Positions 1-6,783 of a DNA stretch of 10,847 nt are shown in pieces. Source of the DNA: a bacterium (GTDB lineage: Bacteria; Zhuqueibacterota; Zhuqueibacteria; Oceanimicrobiales; Oceanimicrobiaceae); assembly GCA_046757165.1 (NCBI GenBank), contig JBHHXT010000168.1:1-10847 (forward strand). Reading direction: 5' to 3'. Positions within the stretch are counted from its first letter, which is position 1; each line of letters starts with the position of its first letter. The translations under genes and the position numbers were made by a program. The notes beneath the pieces were generated by a model. The model was not told the DNA's origin. It was given only the letters and a program-made list of their open reading frames with translations, and ran no database searches.

Positions 1-75
1 CCACTTATTCTTTATTATGAGTGCTTTACTTTATTACTGCTAACTGACCGATTACCCAGGACACCCAGATTTTGC

Positions 76-104
76 TTGCATTTGTGGTGGCAAAGTCGTA
101 TGTT
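76..104 (+). promoter_or_regulatory. Putative sigma70 promoter TTGCAT-N17-TATGTT for the small ORF at 176
   Basis: TTGCAT at 76-81, a 17-nt spacer, TATGTT at 99-104. The same -35 hexamer occurs at 5059-5064 (+) and 9894-9899 (-). Confidence 0.45.
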
Positions 105-175
105 TGTGCCGTTTTGAATTGACCGAAAGGTGATTCCAATTGGAGTGTTTTTTATTAACTCAGAGGCTTGTGTTT

Positions 176-277
176 ATGGAAGTCAAGATGTACAGGCGAG
201 TCTATCATCAGAGGTTTCTTCTACTCATCTCCGTCCTGGTTGTTGCTTATATCGTACTGGTCTATTTTAGAGTCTGA
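176..277 (+). CDS. Small single-pass membrane protein, 33 aa (MEVKMYRRVYHQRFLLLISVLVVAYIVLVYFRV)
   Basis: Read by hand (below the ORF-track cut-off): ATG 176, TGA 275-277, GAGG at 163-166. Basic N-terminus followed by an 18-aa hydrophobic run. Promoter upstream and terminator downstream. Confidence 0.55.
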   Translation: MEVKMYRRVYHQRFLLLISVLVVAYIVLVYFRV

Positions 278-306
278 AAGGATGACAGTAAGGAGTCTTG
301 CATAGC

Positions 307-338
307 AAAAAGGCCGCTTCTGATAGCGGCCTTTTTTT
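307..338. terminator. Bidirectional intrinsic terminator
   Basis: AAAAAGGCCGCT (307-318), loop TCTGAT, AGCGGCCTTTTT (325-336), with the T-run extending to 338. A-tract on the left and T-tract on the right, between two convergent genes. Confidence 0.9.
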
Positions 339-349
339 GTGCTCTAAAC

Positions 350-913
350 TCAACTATTGACACGCTCAATATACCGGCCATCCCGCGTGTCTATCTTCAA
401 GACGTCCCCTTCCTTGATAAACAGCGGCACGTGCAGCTCGGCGCCTGTTTCTAATGTGATGGGCTTTTGCAGATTCGATACGGTGTCGCCCTTTACTCCG
501 GGTGTGGCCTCGCTGACGGTCAATTGGACGAACATCGGCAATGAGACTTCGACGACGTTGCCTTCGAGAAACAAGACATTGACCATGTTGCCTTCTTTCA
601 GGAATTTGATCTGGTCACCGAGCAGCTCTTTCGAGACATTTATCTGGTCATAGGTTTCGTTGTCCATCAAACAAATCTCGTCTCCTGCTGCGTACAGATA
701 TTGCATCTCCTTGTTTTCAAGCCGAACTTGTTCTATGGTGTCGTGTTGCCGGAAGGTGAATTCCACCACTTTGCCGCTTTTCAGTTGCTTGAGTTTCGTC
801 CGAATGAAGGCATGCCCTTTGCCGGGCTTGACATGCTGAAATTCATTGACAATCCAGACTTCTCCGTTATAGCGGATTGCCATGCCATTGCGAAAATCTG
901 AAACGGATGCCAT
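350..913 (-). CDS. efp: Translation elongation factor P (187 aa)
   Basis: Motifs MASVSDFRNG, HVKPGKG, MQYLY, PGVKGDT, LETG, VPLFI and IDTR. Start set at ATG 913 because GGAGGAG lies just upstream; the track start at 982 is an over-extension. Confidence 0.97.
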   Translation of the reverse strand: MASVSDFRNGMAIRYNGEVWIVNEFQHVKPGKGHAFIRTKLKQLKSGKVVEFTFRQHDTIEQVRLENKEMQYLYAAGDEICLMDNETYDQINVSKELLGDQIKFLKEGNMVNVLFLEGNVVEVSLPMFVQLTVSEATPGVKGDTVSNLQKPITLETGAELHVPLFIKEGDVLKIDTRDGRYIERVNS

Positions 914-1017
914 AACTCCTCCATTTGTTATGATGGACAAAGGTGAAAACGTGAAAATAGGGAACTCTGCCCAAAGAATCAATCAAAAATCGAACTTAGC
1001 ATTGCAAAGATACGCTC

Positions 1018-1045
1018 TTGACAATGCCGAATAATTTGTTAACTT
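1018..1045 (+). promoter_or_regulatory. Putative sigma70 promoter TTGACA-N16-TAACTT with extended -10 TG
   Basis: Perfect TTGACA at 1018-1023, TG at 1037-1038 and TAACTT at 1040-1045, about 20 nt upstream of the DUF2752 ATG. Confidence 0.6.
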
Positions 1046-1064
1046 TAGGGACGCTGATTGAGCA

Positions 1065-1493
1065 ATGATGAGATACGAGTCCACACGTTTTGTTTTTACC
1101 CGTCAAGCCAGGCCAGGCATTCGCACCCGGCTTCCGGCGATCGCGGCGCTTCTGATTTTGATGGCGCTCCCCTCGGACGGGCTTGACATTCCTTTCTGCC
1201 CGTTGCTTTATTTTGCGGATGTGCCGTGTCCCGCTTGTGGTTTGACGCGCAGCATGAGTTCTTTCCTCCATTTTGATATCAGCAAGGGGCTCAGCTACCA
1301 TCCTCTGGGCGGACTCGTCCTGATGTGTTTGCTGGTCGTCGCCATTACGAACCGTTCAACATGGCCGGACTCAACCTTTGCGCAAAAATATCCCATGTTG
1401 GCTAAACTGTTGGACTGGAAACTTGCCGTGGGTTTGTTTGTGTTTGTGTGGTTTCTAAGGTTTGCCTCTGGATTCTCGTTTCATCCTTATTAG
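1065..1493 (+). CDS. DUF2752-family membrane protein
   Basis: Signature CPL...PCPACGLTRS...H.D...L.YHPLG plus three hydrophobic segments. Start uncertain (ATG 1065 or 1068). Confidence 0.85.
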   Translation: MMRYESTRFVFTRQARPGIRTRLPAIAALLILMALPSDGLDIPFCPLLYFADVPCPACGLTRSMSSFLHFDISKGLSYHPLGGLVLMCLLVVAITNRSTWPDSTFAQKYPMLAKLLDWKLAVGLFVFVWFLRFASGFSFHPY

Positions 1494-1542
1494 ATGATGT
1501 GCGTTACGAATCTGGCATATGAGGATTTGGCGGACCACTTAA

Positions 1543-1685
1543 TTGTAGCCCCGACCCCTTGTGGGCTTCTCAGGGGATACTCCACAAGCCGCGATTCCTT
1601 AGATTCTATCATAGGTGAGTCAGAGCAAGGAGGTATGGCTACGGTGAAATACCATCTTATTCTTGCACAGCCCCTTAGAGTTTAG
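1543..1685 (+). other. Structured intergenic element with strong SD and 16-codon mini-ORF (MATVKYHLILAQPLRV, 1635-1685); possible IS200/IS605 left-end remnant or cis-regulatory RNA
   Basis: Hairpin CTTGTGG 1558-1564 / CCACAAG 1582-1588. SD AAGGAGGT (1627-1634) lies inside a stem pairing 1625-1636 with 1649-1666. GTAGCC 1545-1550 is complementary to GGCTAC 1637-1642. Confidence 0.35.
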
Positions 1686-1720
1686 GATCGACCGTCTGCG
1701 GCGGCATCGAAGAAAAGCCT

Positions 1721-2467
1721 TTGGACTCCCGAAACGCAACAAAAGGTGACGATGAACCCTTGCAACCAGCGCTGAGCATTATCGTCCCCGTCTTGAATGA
1801 AGCCCGGACTTTGCCCGGCCTCTTGGAGGACATTAAGCATTGCCAGACTGCTCTAAATCTGGCGATTGAGTGTGTTGTTGTCGACGGAGGCTCGACGGAC
1901 GAAACAGTGGATATCTGCAGAAAATTCAACGTTCTCCTGGTGCGGGGAGTACGTGGCCGGGGACAGCAGCTTGCGCTCGGCGCTAAGAGAGCCAGGGGTG
2001 AGGTCCTTTTATTTGTGCACGCCGATTGCAGGCTGAAACAAGAGCACTGTTTAACCGCGATCCGGGCAGTACAGGAAAACGGCATTTTCGCCGGTGGGTT
2101 CACCCTCGAGTTCAATGATCCCCATGTCATCTTGAGATTTGCGGAAATGGTCAACAAGATCCGGTTTCGCATAACCCGGATATTCTACGGGGACCATGGC
2201 TTGTTTATCAGTCGAAAAAACTACCAGGCCTCCGGGGGGTTTCCAAACCAGGCCATATTTGAGGACGTCGAGTTCTCTCGCCGGTTGAAAAAAATGGGCA
2301 AGGTCATCATGACCCCGCCCGCTATCGAAACCTCTGCCCGTAGATTCCGCGCGGGGGGTGTCGTCCGCACATACCTGAAAATGGCGGCTCTGCACATCAT
2401 GTACTGGCTGGGGTTTTCACCGAAGGTGCTGGCGAGATGGTATGGCGTGAACAGTGGACAGGAGTGA
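1721..2467 (+). CDS. Glycosyltransferase family 2, TIGR04283-like (rSAM/selenodomain-associated; often annotated as arsenosugar biosynthesis GT)
   Basis: Motifs SIIVPVLNEA, VVVDGGSTDET, GRGQQL, LLFVHAD, YGDHGLF, FEDVEF, TSARRF and G.SP..LARWY. TTG start is uncertain. Confidence 0.88.
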   Translation: MDSRNATKGDDEPLQPALSIIVPVLNEARTLPGLLEDIKHCQTALNLAIECVVVDGGSTDETVDICRKFNVLLVRGVRGRGQQLALGAKRARGEVLLFVHADCRLKQEHCLTAIRAVQENGIFAGGFTLEFNDPHVILRFAEMVNKIRFRITRIFYGDHGLFISRKNYQASGGFPNQAIFEDVEFSRRLKKMGKVIMTPPAIETSARRFRAGGVVRTYLKMAALHIMYWLGFSPKVLARWYGVNSGQE

Positions 2468-2476
2468 CACAAACCC

Positions 2477-3181
2477 ATGAAGCCTGGCCGCGGCGGAATC
2501 GAGGAGCTAAGAGTCAAAATCACAAACTGTGACCGCTGTTCGAGGTTGGTGCAATGGCGTCAGAAAGTGGCGCGCGATAAGGTGCGCCGGTTTGCAGACC
2601 ACACTTACTGGGGGAAGCCGGTTCCGGGATTTGGCGACCTGAACGCGCGGGTGCTGGTCGTAGGCCTGGCACCGGCGGCACATGGCGCCAATCGTACCGG
2701 CCGCATGTTTACCGGCGACCGCAGCGGCGACTGGCTGTATCGCAGTTTGCACAAGTTTGCCTTTGCCAGTCAGCCGCAAGCCACCGGGCTCGACGACGGC
2801 CTGGTGCTGCGGGATTGCTATATTACAGCTTCCCTGCGCTGCGCGCCGCCACAAAACAAACCGACTTCCCAAGAACGAAGCAATTGTTTTCATTATTTGA
2901 TAGAAGAGATGAAGTTGCTCTCAAAGGTGAAGGTGGTGGTTGCGTTGGGCAGGCTCGCCTTCGATACGACGGTCAGGGTTCTGCAAGAAAGGAACGCGTT
3001 CGAAGTCGAGACCCGGCCCGTATTTGCCCATGGGTCGGAAGCCCCTGTAAACGGGCACCTCACTCTGCTGGCCTCATATCATCCCAGTCAGCAAAATACG
3101 TTTACTGGCAAGCTGACGGAGTCCATGTTCGATTCGGTCTTCAGCCGGGCTCGAGAACTGATTTCGCCTCAGGCTGATTGA
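2477..3181 (+). CDS. udgB: Uracil-DNA glycosylase family 5 (UdgB), [4Fe-4S]
   Basis: N-terminal CxxC..L; YWGKPVPGFGD; GLAPAAHGANRTGRMFTGDRSG; RCAPPQNKP...C; YHPSQQNTFTGKLT. SD CAGGAG sits in the last codons of the upstream GT. Confidence 0.93.
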   Translation: MKPGRGGIEELRVKITNCDRCSRLVQWRQKVARDKVRRFADHTYWGKPVPGFGDLNARVLVVGLAPAAHGANRTGRMFTGDRSGDWLYRSLHKFAFASQPQATGLDDGLVLRDCYITASLRCAPPQNKPTSQERSNCFHYLIEEMKLLSKVKVVVALGRLAFDTTVRVLQERNAFEVETRPVFAHGSEAPVNGHLTLLASYHPSQQNTFTGKLTESMFDSVFSRARELISPQAD

Positions 3182-3209
3182 AGGTTTGGTATCAAATTCA
3201 GGAGGTTGT

Positions 3210-4925
3210 ATGTATTTTCGACTGCCGGTTCTGATCGTTTTTGTTTTTGCCGGTATCATCGCTTTGATGGCTTTCCAGTCCCGGTTCAGCAAACAGGTCT
3301 CACTGGCCAATGGCGAAGAGCTCATCGTCCCCGCTGAATCCGGACTGCTCTCGAGTGAGACGACCGACAAGGATGGCAAGCGCAACAAAGGGCTTCGCTC
3401 TATCCGTGCGGTGGATTTGCGCGCACACCTGGAGTTTCTGGCAGATGATTTACTCGAAGGCAGAGAGAGTGGCAGCCGTGGGGCGAGATTGGCGGCCATG
3501 TACATCGCCACGCACTTCGAAAGGTTGGGGCTCCGGGCAGTTGGGGATGACCAGACCTATTATCAGGCCGTGTCTCTGGCGCGCAAGCGAGTCCTGCCCG
3601 GCTCTGAATTGAAAGTGGAGATCAAGGGCGAGATGGTTCCGTTGCGCTTTGGCCAGGATTTCCTGGTGGCAGCAACCCCCTCCGAGTCCGGAACGCCGAT
3701 CCGGGCGCCGCTCGTTTTCTGCGGATTTGGAATCAAATCAGAGCAAGACAATTATGATGATTACAAAAACATAAATGTTGAGGACAAAGTCGCGCTCTAT
3801 CTCAGCGGCGAGCCGCACAGGGAGGACGAGAATGGTTCTGATGCAGGAGCGCCGCCCCACTACGTAAGTGGTCGCACCAAACGGAGAATTGCCCGGCAAG
3901 CCGGCGCAGTGGCGGCGATCGGTGTGCTGCGCCAGAAACAACTGGCACAATTCGGTTGGGCCGGCATGCAAACCCACCTTCTCTCCGCCCGCGTTTCTCT
4001 GATGGCTGATAAAGCGCACGGCGAGCCTGGATTAGCCAGCGTCATCTTGCACCCGCAGGCCGCCAGCATTATCTTCGCCGATGAACAGCAGGACTATGCC
4101 GCGGTCGATGAGGCAGCCAGTTCCGGCCTGACGCATGCCTTTGAGATGAACAAGAGAGTAGAAATCAAGATTCTTTTTGAGGACGAAGAGATTCACGACA
4201 GCAACGTCGTGGCTTTTCTCGAAGGCTCCGATCCCGAGCTGAAATCTGAAGTGATCGTGGTGAGTGCTCATTATGACCACGTCGGCATGGGGACGGCGGT
4301 GGCGGGCGATTCCGTTTACAACGGCGCAGCAGATAATGCCTCGGGGACTGCGGGTCTGCTCGAGCTTGCGGAGGCGTTTGCTTCATTGACGCAGTCCCCG
4401 CGGCGGTCCTTGCTCTTCCTGGCTGTTACCGCGGAGGAGAAAGGTCTGCTGGGCTCGAAATATTACGTCGAGCATCCCATTTTCCCGCTCGAAAAAACCG
4501 TTGCCAACTTCAATCTCGACATGATCGGCATCGGTGACACCACAGCGCTGGTGGTGTATGGCATCGACCGCTCTTCGCTTGGAGACGATGTCCGCAAGGC
4601 GGCAGCCCGCTTTGGCCTGGAAATTTGGCCAGATGACATGCCGGAACAGCGGATTTTCTACCGCAGTGACCACTACAGCTTTGCCCAAAAGGGGGTCCCC
4701 GCGATTTTCCCCAGTTTCGGAACCCGGCGAAGTGACTTTCCGGAATTCAAAAAATTTTATCACAGGCCGTCCGATGACGTCACGCTGTCCTGGCTCAATT
4801 ACCCATACATGCAGAAGCATGTTCAGGTTGTTTTCCAGGCCATGCTCGAGGTCGCGAACGCAGATGAACCGCCCCAATGGGTGCCAGACGATGAGTTTGG
4901 CAAAGTGCGACAAAGAAAAAACTGA
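3210..4925 (+). CDS. Exported M28-family zinc aminopeptidase with PA-domain insert
   Basis: LADDLLEGRESG; AHYDH; YNGAADNASG; AEEKGLLGS; NLDMIG; RSDH; YH. PA-like segment APLVFCGFG...DDY...V.DK. N-terminal hydrophobic signal or anchor. Start set at ATG 3210 (AGGAGG at 3200-3205). Confidence 0.92.
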   Translation: MYFRLPVLIVFVFAGIIALMAFQSRFSKQVSLANGEELIVPAESGLLSSETTDKDGKRNKGLRSIRAVDLRAHLEFLADDLLEGRESGSRGARLAAMYIATHFERLGLRAVGDDQTYYQAVSLARKRVLPGSELKVEIKGEMVPLRFGQDFLVAATPSESGTPIRAPLVFCGFGIKSEQDNYDDYKNINVEDKVALYLSGEPHREDENGSDAGAPPHYVSGRTKRRIARQAGAVAAIGVLRQKQLAQFGWAGMQTHLLSARVSLMADKAHGEPGLASVILHPQAASIIFADEQQDYAAVDEAASSGLTHAFEMNKRVEIKILFEDEEIHDSNVVAFLEGSDPELKSEVIVVSAHYDHVGMGTAVAGDSVYNGAADNASGTAGLLELAEAFASLTQSPRRSLLFLAVTAEEKGLLGSKYYVEHPIFPLEKTVANFNLDMIGIGDTTALVVYGIDRSSLGDDVRKAAARFGLEIWPDDMPEQRIFYRSDHYSFAQKGVPAIFPSFGTRRSDFPEFKKFYHRPSDDVTLSWLNYPYMQKHVQVVFQAMLEVANADEPPQWVPDDEFGKVRQRKN

Positions 4926-5020
4926 AACATTTTTCGGGCCATCAACGTGAAACTTAACGCTCATGTTGCCCGTTTCATTGCCGATAGTACCTTTGAAACC
5001 GATCGGTTTAAGGCTCGTAA
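4923..5020 (+). promoter_or_regulatory. Three tandem ECF-sigma-type promoter motifs (TGAAAC-N16/17-CGTn); the third overlaps a perfect 14-bp palindrome
   Basis: TGAAAC 4923-4928 +17 CGTG 4946-4949. TGAAAC 4948-4953 +17 CGTT 4971-4974. TGAAAC 4994-4999 +16 CGTAA 5016-5020. Palindrome AAACCGATCGGTTT at 4996-5009. Confidence 0.55.
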
Positions 5021-5123
5021 CATTCCATGTGAGTGTGAAACGGAAACACGGTTTTTTCTTGCATTTGAGGCAATTTCTTATTAATTGTATGCATTACTAA
5101 ATTTAAGTAGCAAGGAGTTAACA

Positions 5124-5480
5124 ATGGCAACTTTATGGGATGATATTGCGAAAACCATTCGCGAAGGTGTTGACACGGTCGTCGAGAAAACCGAAGAGTT
5201 GACGAAGATCGGCAAGATCAAAGTCGATATCATCAACCTCAAGAGATCTGTGGATAAGAACTTCTCTGAGCTGGGCGGCAAGGTTTATCATTTGATCCTG
5301 GATGGGAACAAGACCCAAATCGCCAGCGACAGTGACGTCAAGGAAATCGTCGAGCGCGTCAAAAAACTGGAGGCGCAGTTGGACGAAAAGAACGAGGCAC
5401 TGGAGAGAGTCAAAACCAAGACCCCTGCAACTCAGCCGGCAAAGGCTCCTGCTGAACAGCAGGCTGAAGCCGTTTCCTGA
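5124..5480 (+). CDS. Hypothetical helical/coiled-coil protein (118 aa) with Pro/Ala-rich tail
   Basis: AAGGAG at 5112-5117 before ATG 5124. Amphipathic heptads and an ELGGKVY motif. Resembles the helical N-terminal part of zinc-ribbon-domain proteins but has no Cys. Confidence 0.85.
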   Translation: MATLWDDIAKTIREGVDTVVEKTEELTKIGKIKVDIINLKRSVDKNFSELGGKVYHLILDGNKTQIASDSDVKEIVERVKKLEAQLDEKNEALERVKTKTPATQPAKAPAEQQAEAVS

Positions 5481-5527
5481 CCTTGACTGTGTCGGTTTGC
5501 AAGGGCTGAGATTGTCGATTCAATCAA

Positions 5528-6748
5528 ATGAATGCAAAAACGAACGGTGTCGTATGTTGTGCCTTTTTGATCGTCGGCAATTTCAGCCCTGTGAGCAACG
5601 CCCAAACTCTGTTTATTCCTGCTTCTGAGCGGGTCCGACCGGTCCTGGGCGGGCCCGAGATTTCCATCGCTGCCGTGGGCGACCTGATGCTGGGTTCCTG
5701 GGTGACGCCAGTGCTGGAACAAAACGGGGCAACCTATCCTTACCAAAAGACAACTCCCTATCTTGAATCCGCTGACCTTGCTATCGCCAATCTGGAAGCT
5801 CCGTTTACCCTTGACGGGGAGTTGTTCGAGAAGAAGTTCAACTTCAAGGTACCGCCAAAATTCGCCAGTGGCTTGCCGCAAGGCGGCATCGACGTTGTGA
5901 CGCTTGCCAACAACCACACGATGGACTATGGTGAAACGGGGTTGATCTCAACCTTCGAGACATTGGACAGAGTGAGCATACACTACAGCGGCGCTGGCCA
6001 GAACAAGCAGCAGGCGCACCAGCCCGTGGTGGTTGAAGCTCAGGGAAGGCGGATCGCCTTTTTCGGCTATTCCATGACCTTCCCCACGGAGTTTTATGCT
6101 GGCGATGATAGCGCTGGCACGGCCTACCCCGAGCCAGACCTGATGGCCGCGAATATTTCGATGTGGGACGATTCGGTGGATTTCGTGGTCGCCTCATTCC
6201 ATTGGGGAGCCGAGAAGCGGGAGACGCCTAAGGACTACCAGATCACTTTCGCGCACCTGGCCATCGATAGTGGAGCCGATCTGGTCCTGGGGCATCATCC
6301 GCACGTGCTGCAAGGACTGGAGGTCTACAAGAACCGGCTGATCGCTTATAGCCTGGGCAACTACGTTTTCGGCTCGTATAGCAAGCATTCCGTTGACAGC
6401 ATCATTTTGAAAGTTATCCTGCGCGACGACGGACTCTTCTACGCCCGTTGCGTCGCCATCAACGTCGACAATCGCCAGGTTGAGTTTCAGCCCGAAGTGG
6501 TTTCCGGCGCCCGCCAGCAGGTGATTCTTTCCAAACTGCGAGAATTGAGCGCCCCCCTCAACCAGGGCACCGTAATCATCGACGATTCAGGGCTCATCTG
6601 GGGCGATTGGGTGCAATTCTATGAGGCCTGGCTGCTGCACACCTCGGTCAATTCGTTCTGGAACGTGCTGCTTCCGGACGAGATCTGGCCCGTTCGAGGC
6701 CTCGGTCAGCAGACCGTTTCCAAGTCCGTGCCCAGCTCAGCAAATTGA
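5528..6748 (+). CDS. CapA/PgsA-family exported metallophosphoesterase
   Basis: AVGD, NLEAP, LANNH.MDYG..GL, FHWG.E, GADLVLGHHPHVLQ and YSLGN motifs; N-terminal signal-like segment. Confidence 0.92.
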   Translation: MNAKTNGVVCCAFLIVGNFSPVSNAQTLFIPASERVRPVLGGPEISIAAVGDLMLGSWVTPVLEQNGATYPYQKTTPYLESADLAIANLEAPFTLDGELFEKKFNFKVPPKFASGLPQGGIDVVTLANNHTMDYGETGLISTFETLDRVSIHYSGAGQNKQQAHQPVVVEAQGRRIAFFGYSMTFPTEFYAGDDSAGTAYPEPDLMAANISMWDDSVDFVVASFHWGAEKRETPKDYQITFAHLAIDSGADLVLGHHPHVLQGLEVYKNRLIAYSLGNYVFGSYSKHSVDSIILKVILRDDGLFYARCVAINVDNRQVEFQPEVVSGARQQVILSKLRELSAPLNQGTVIIDDSGLIWGDWVQFYEAWLLHTSVNSFWNVLLPDEIWPVRGLGQQTVSKSVPSSAN

Positions 6749-6783
6749 AATCCCGTCAAAAATCCTGAGAGTGGAGGGTTGCG

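Noticed and set aside
1..40. CTTTATTA direct repeat (10-17, 29-36)
   Set aside because: Short, low-complexity AT-rich sequence at the window edge; context is missing.
914..982. N-terminal extension of EF-P in the ORF track
   Set aside because: A strong SD precedes ATG 913 and EF-P homology starts there.
1494..1685. 63-aa ORF as a real gene
   Set aside because: No SD at 1494 and no recognisable motif. Only the last 16 codons follow an SD; these are treated under the structured element.
1721..2467. Selenocysteine recoding or an arsenosugar/selenium pathway cluster
   Set aside because: No internal in-frame TGA with a SECIS-like hairpin was seen, and no partner genes are in the window.
4383..4964. 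193-aa antisense ORF and similar overlapping ORFs (1675-2172, 3074-3511, 5432-5917)
   Set aside because: Shadows of well-supported genes in GC-rich coding DNA, with no motifs or SDs.
4923..5041. TGAAAC repeats as a degenerate CRISPR array (many repeats end in GAAAC)
   Set aside because: The shared part is only 6 nt, spacing (22-42 nt) is too short and irregular, one copy is inverted, and there are no cas genes.
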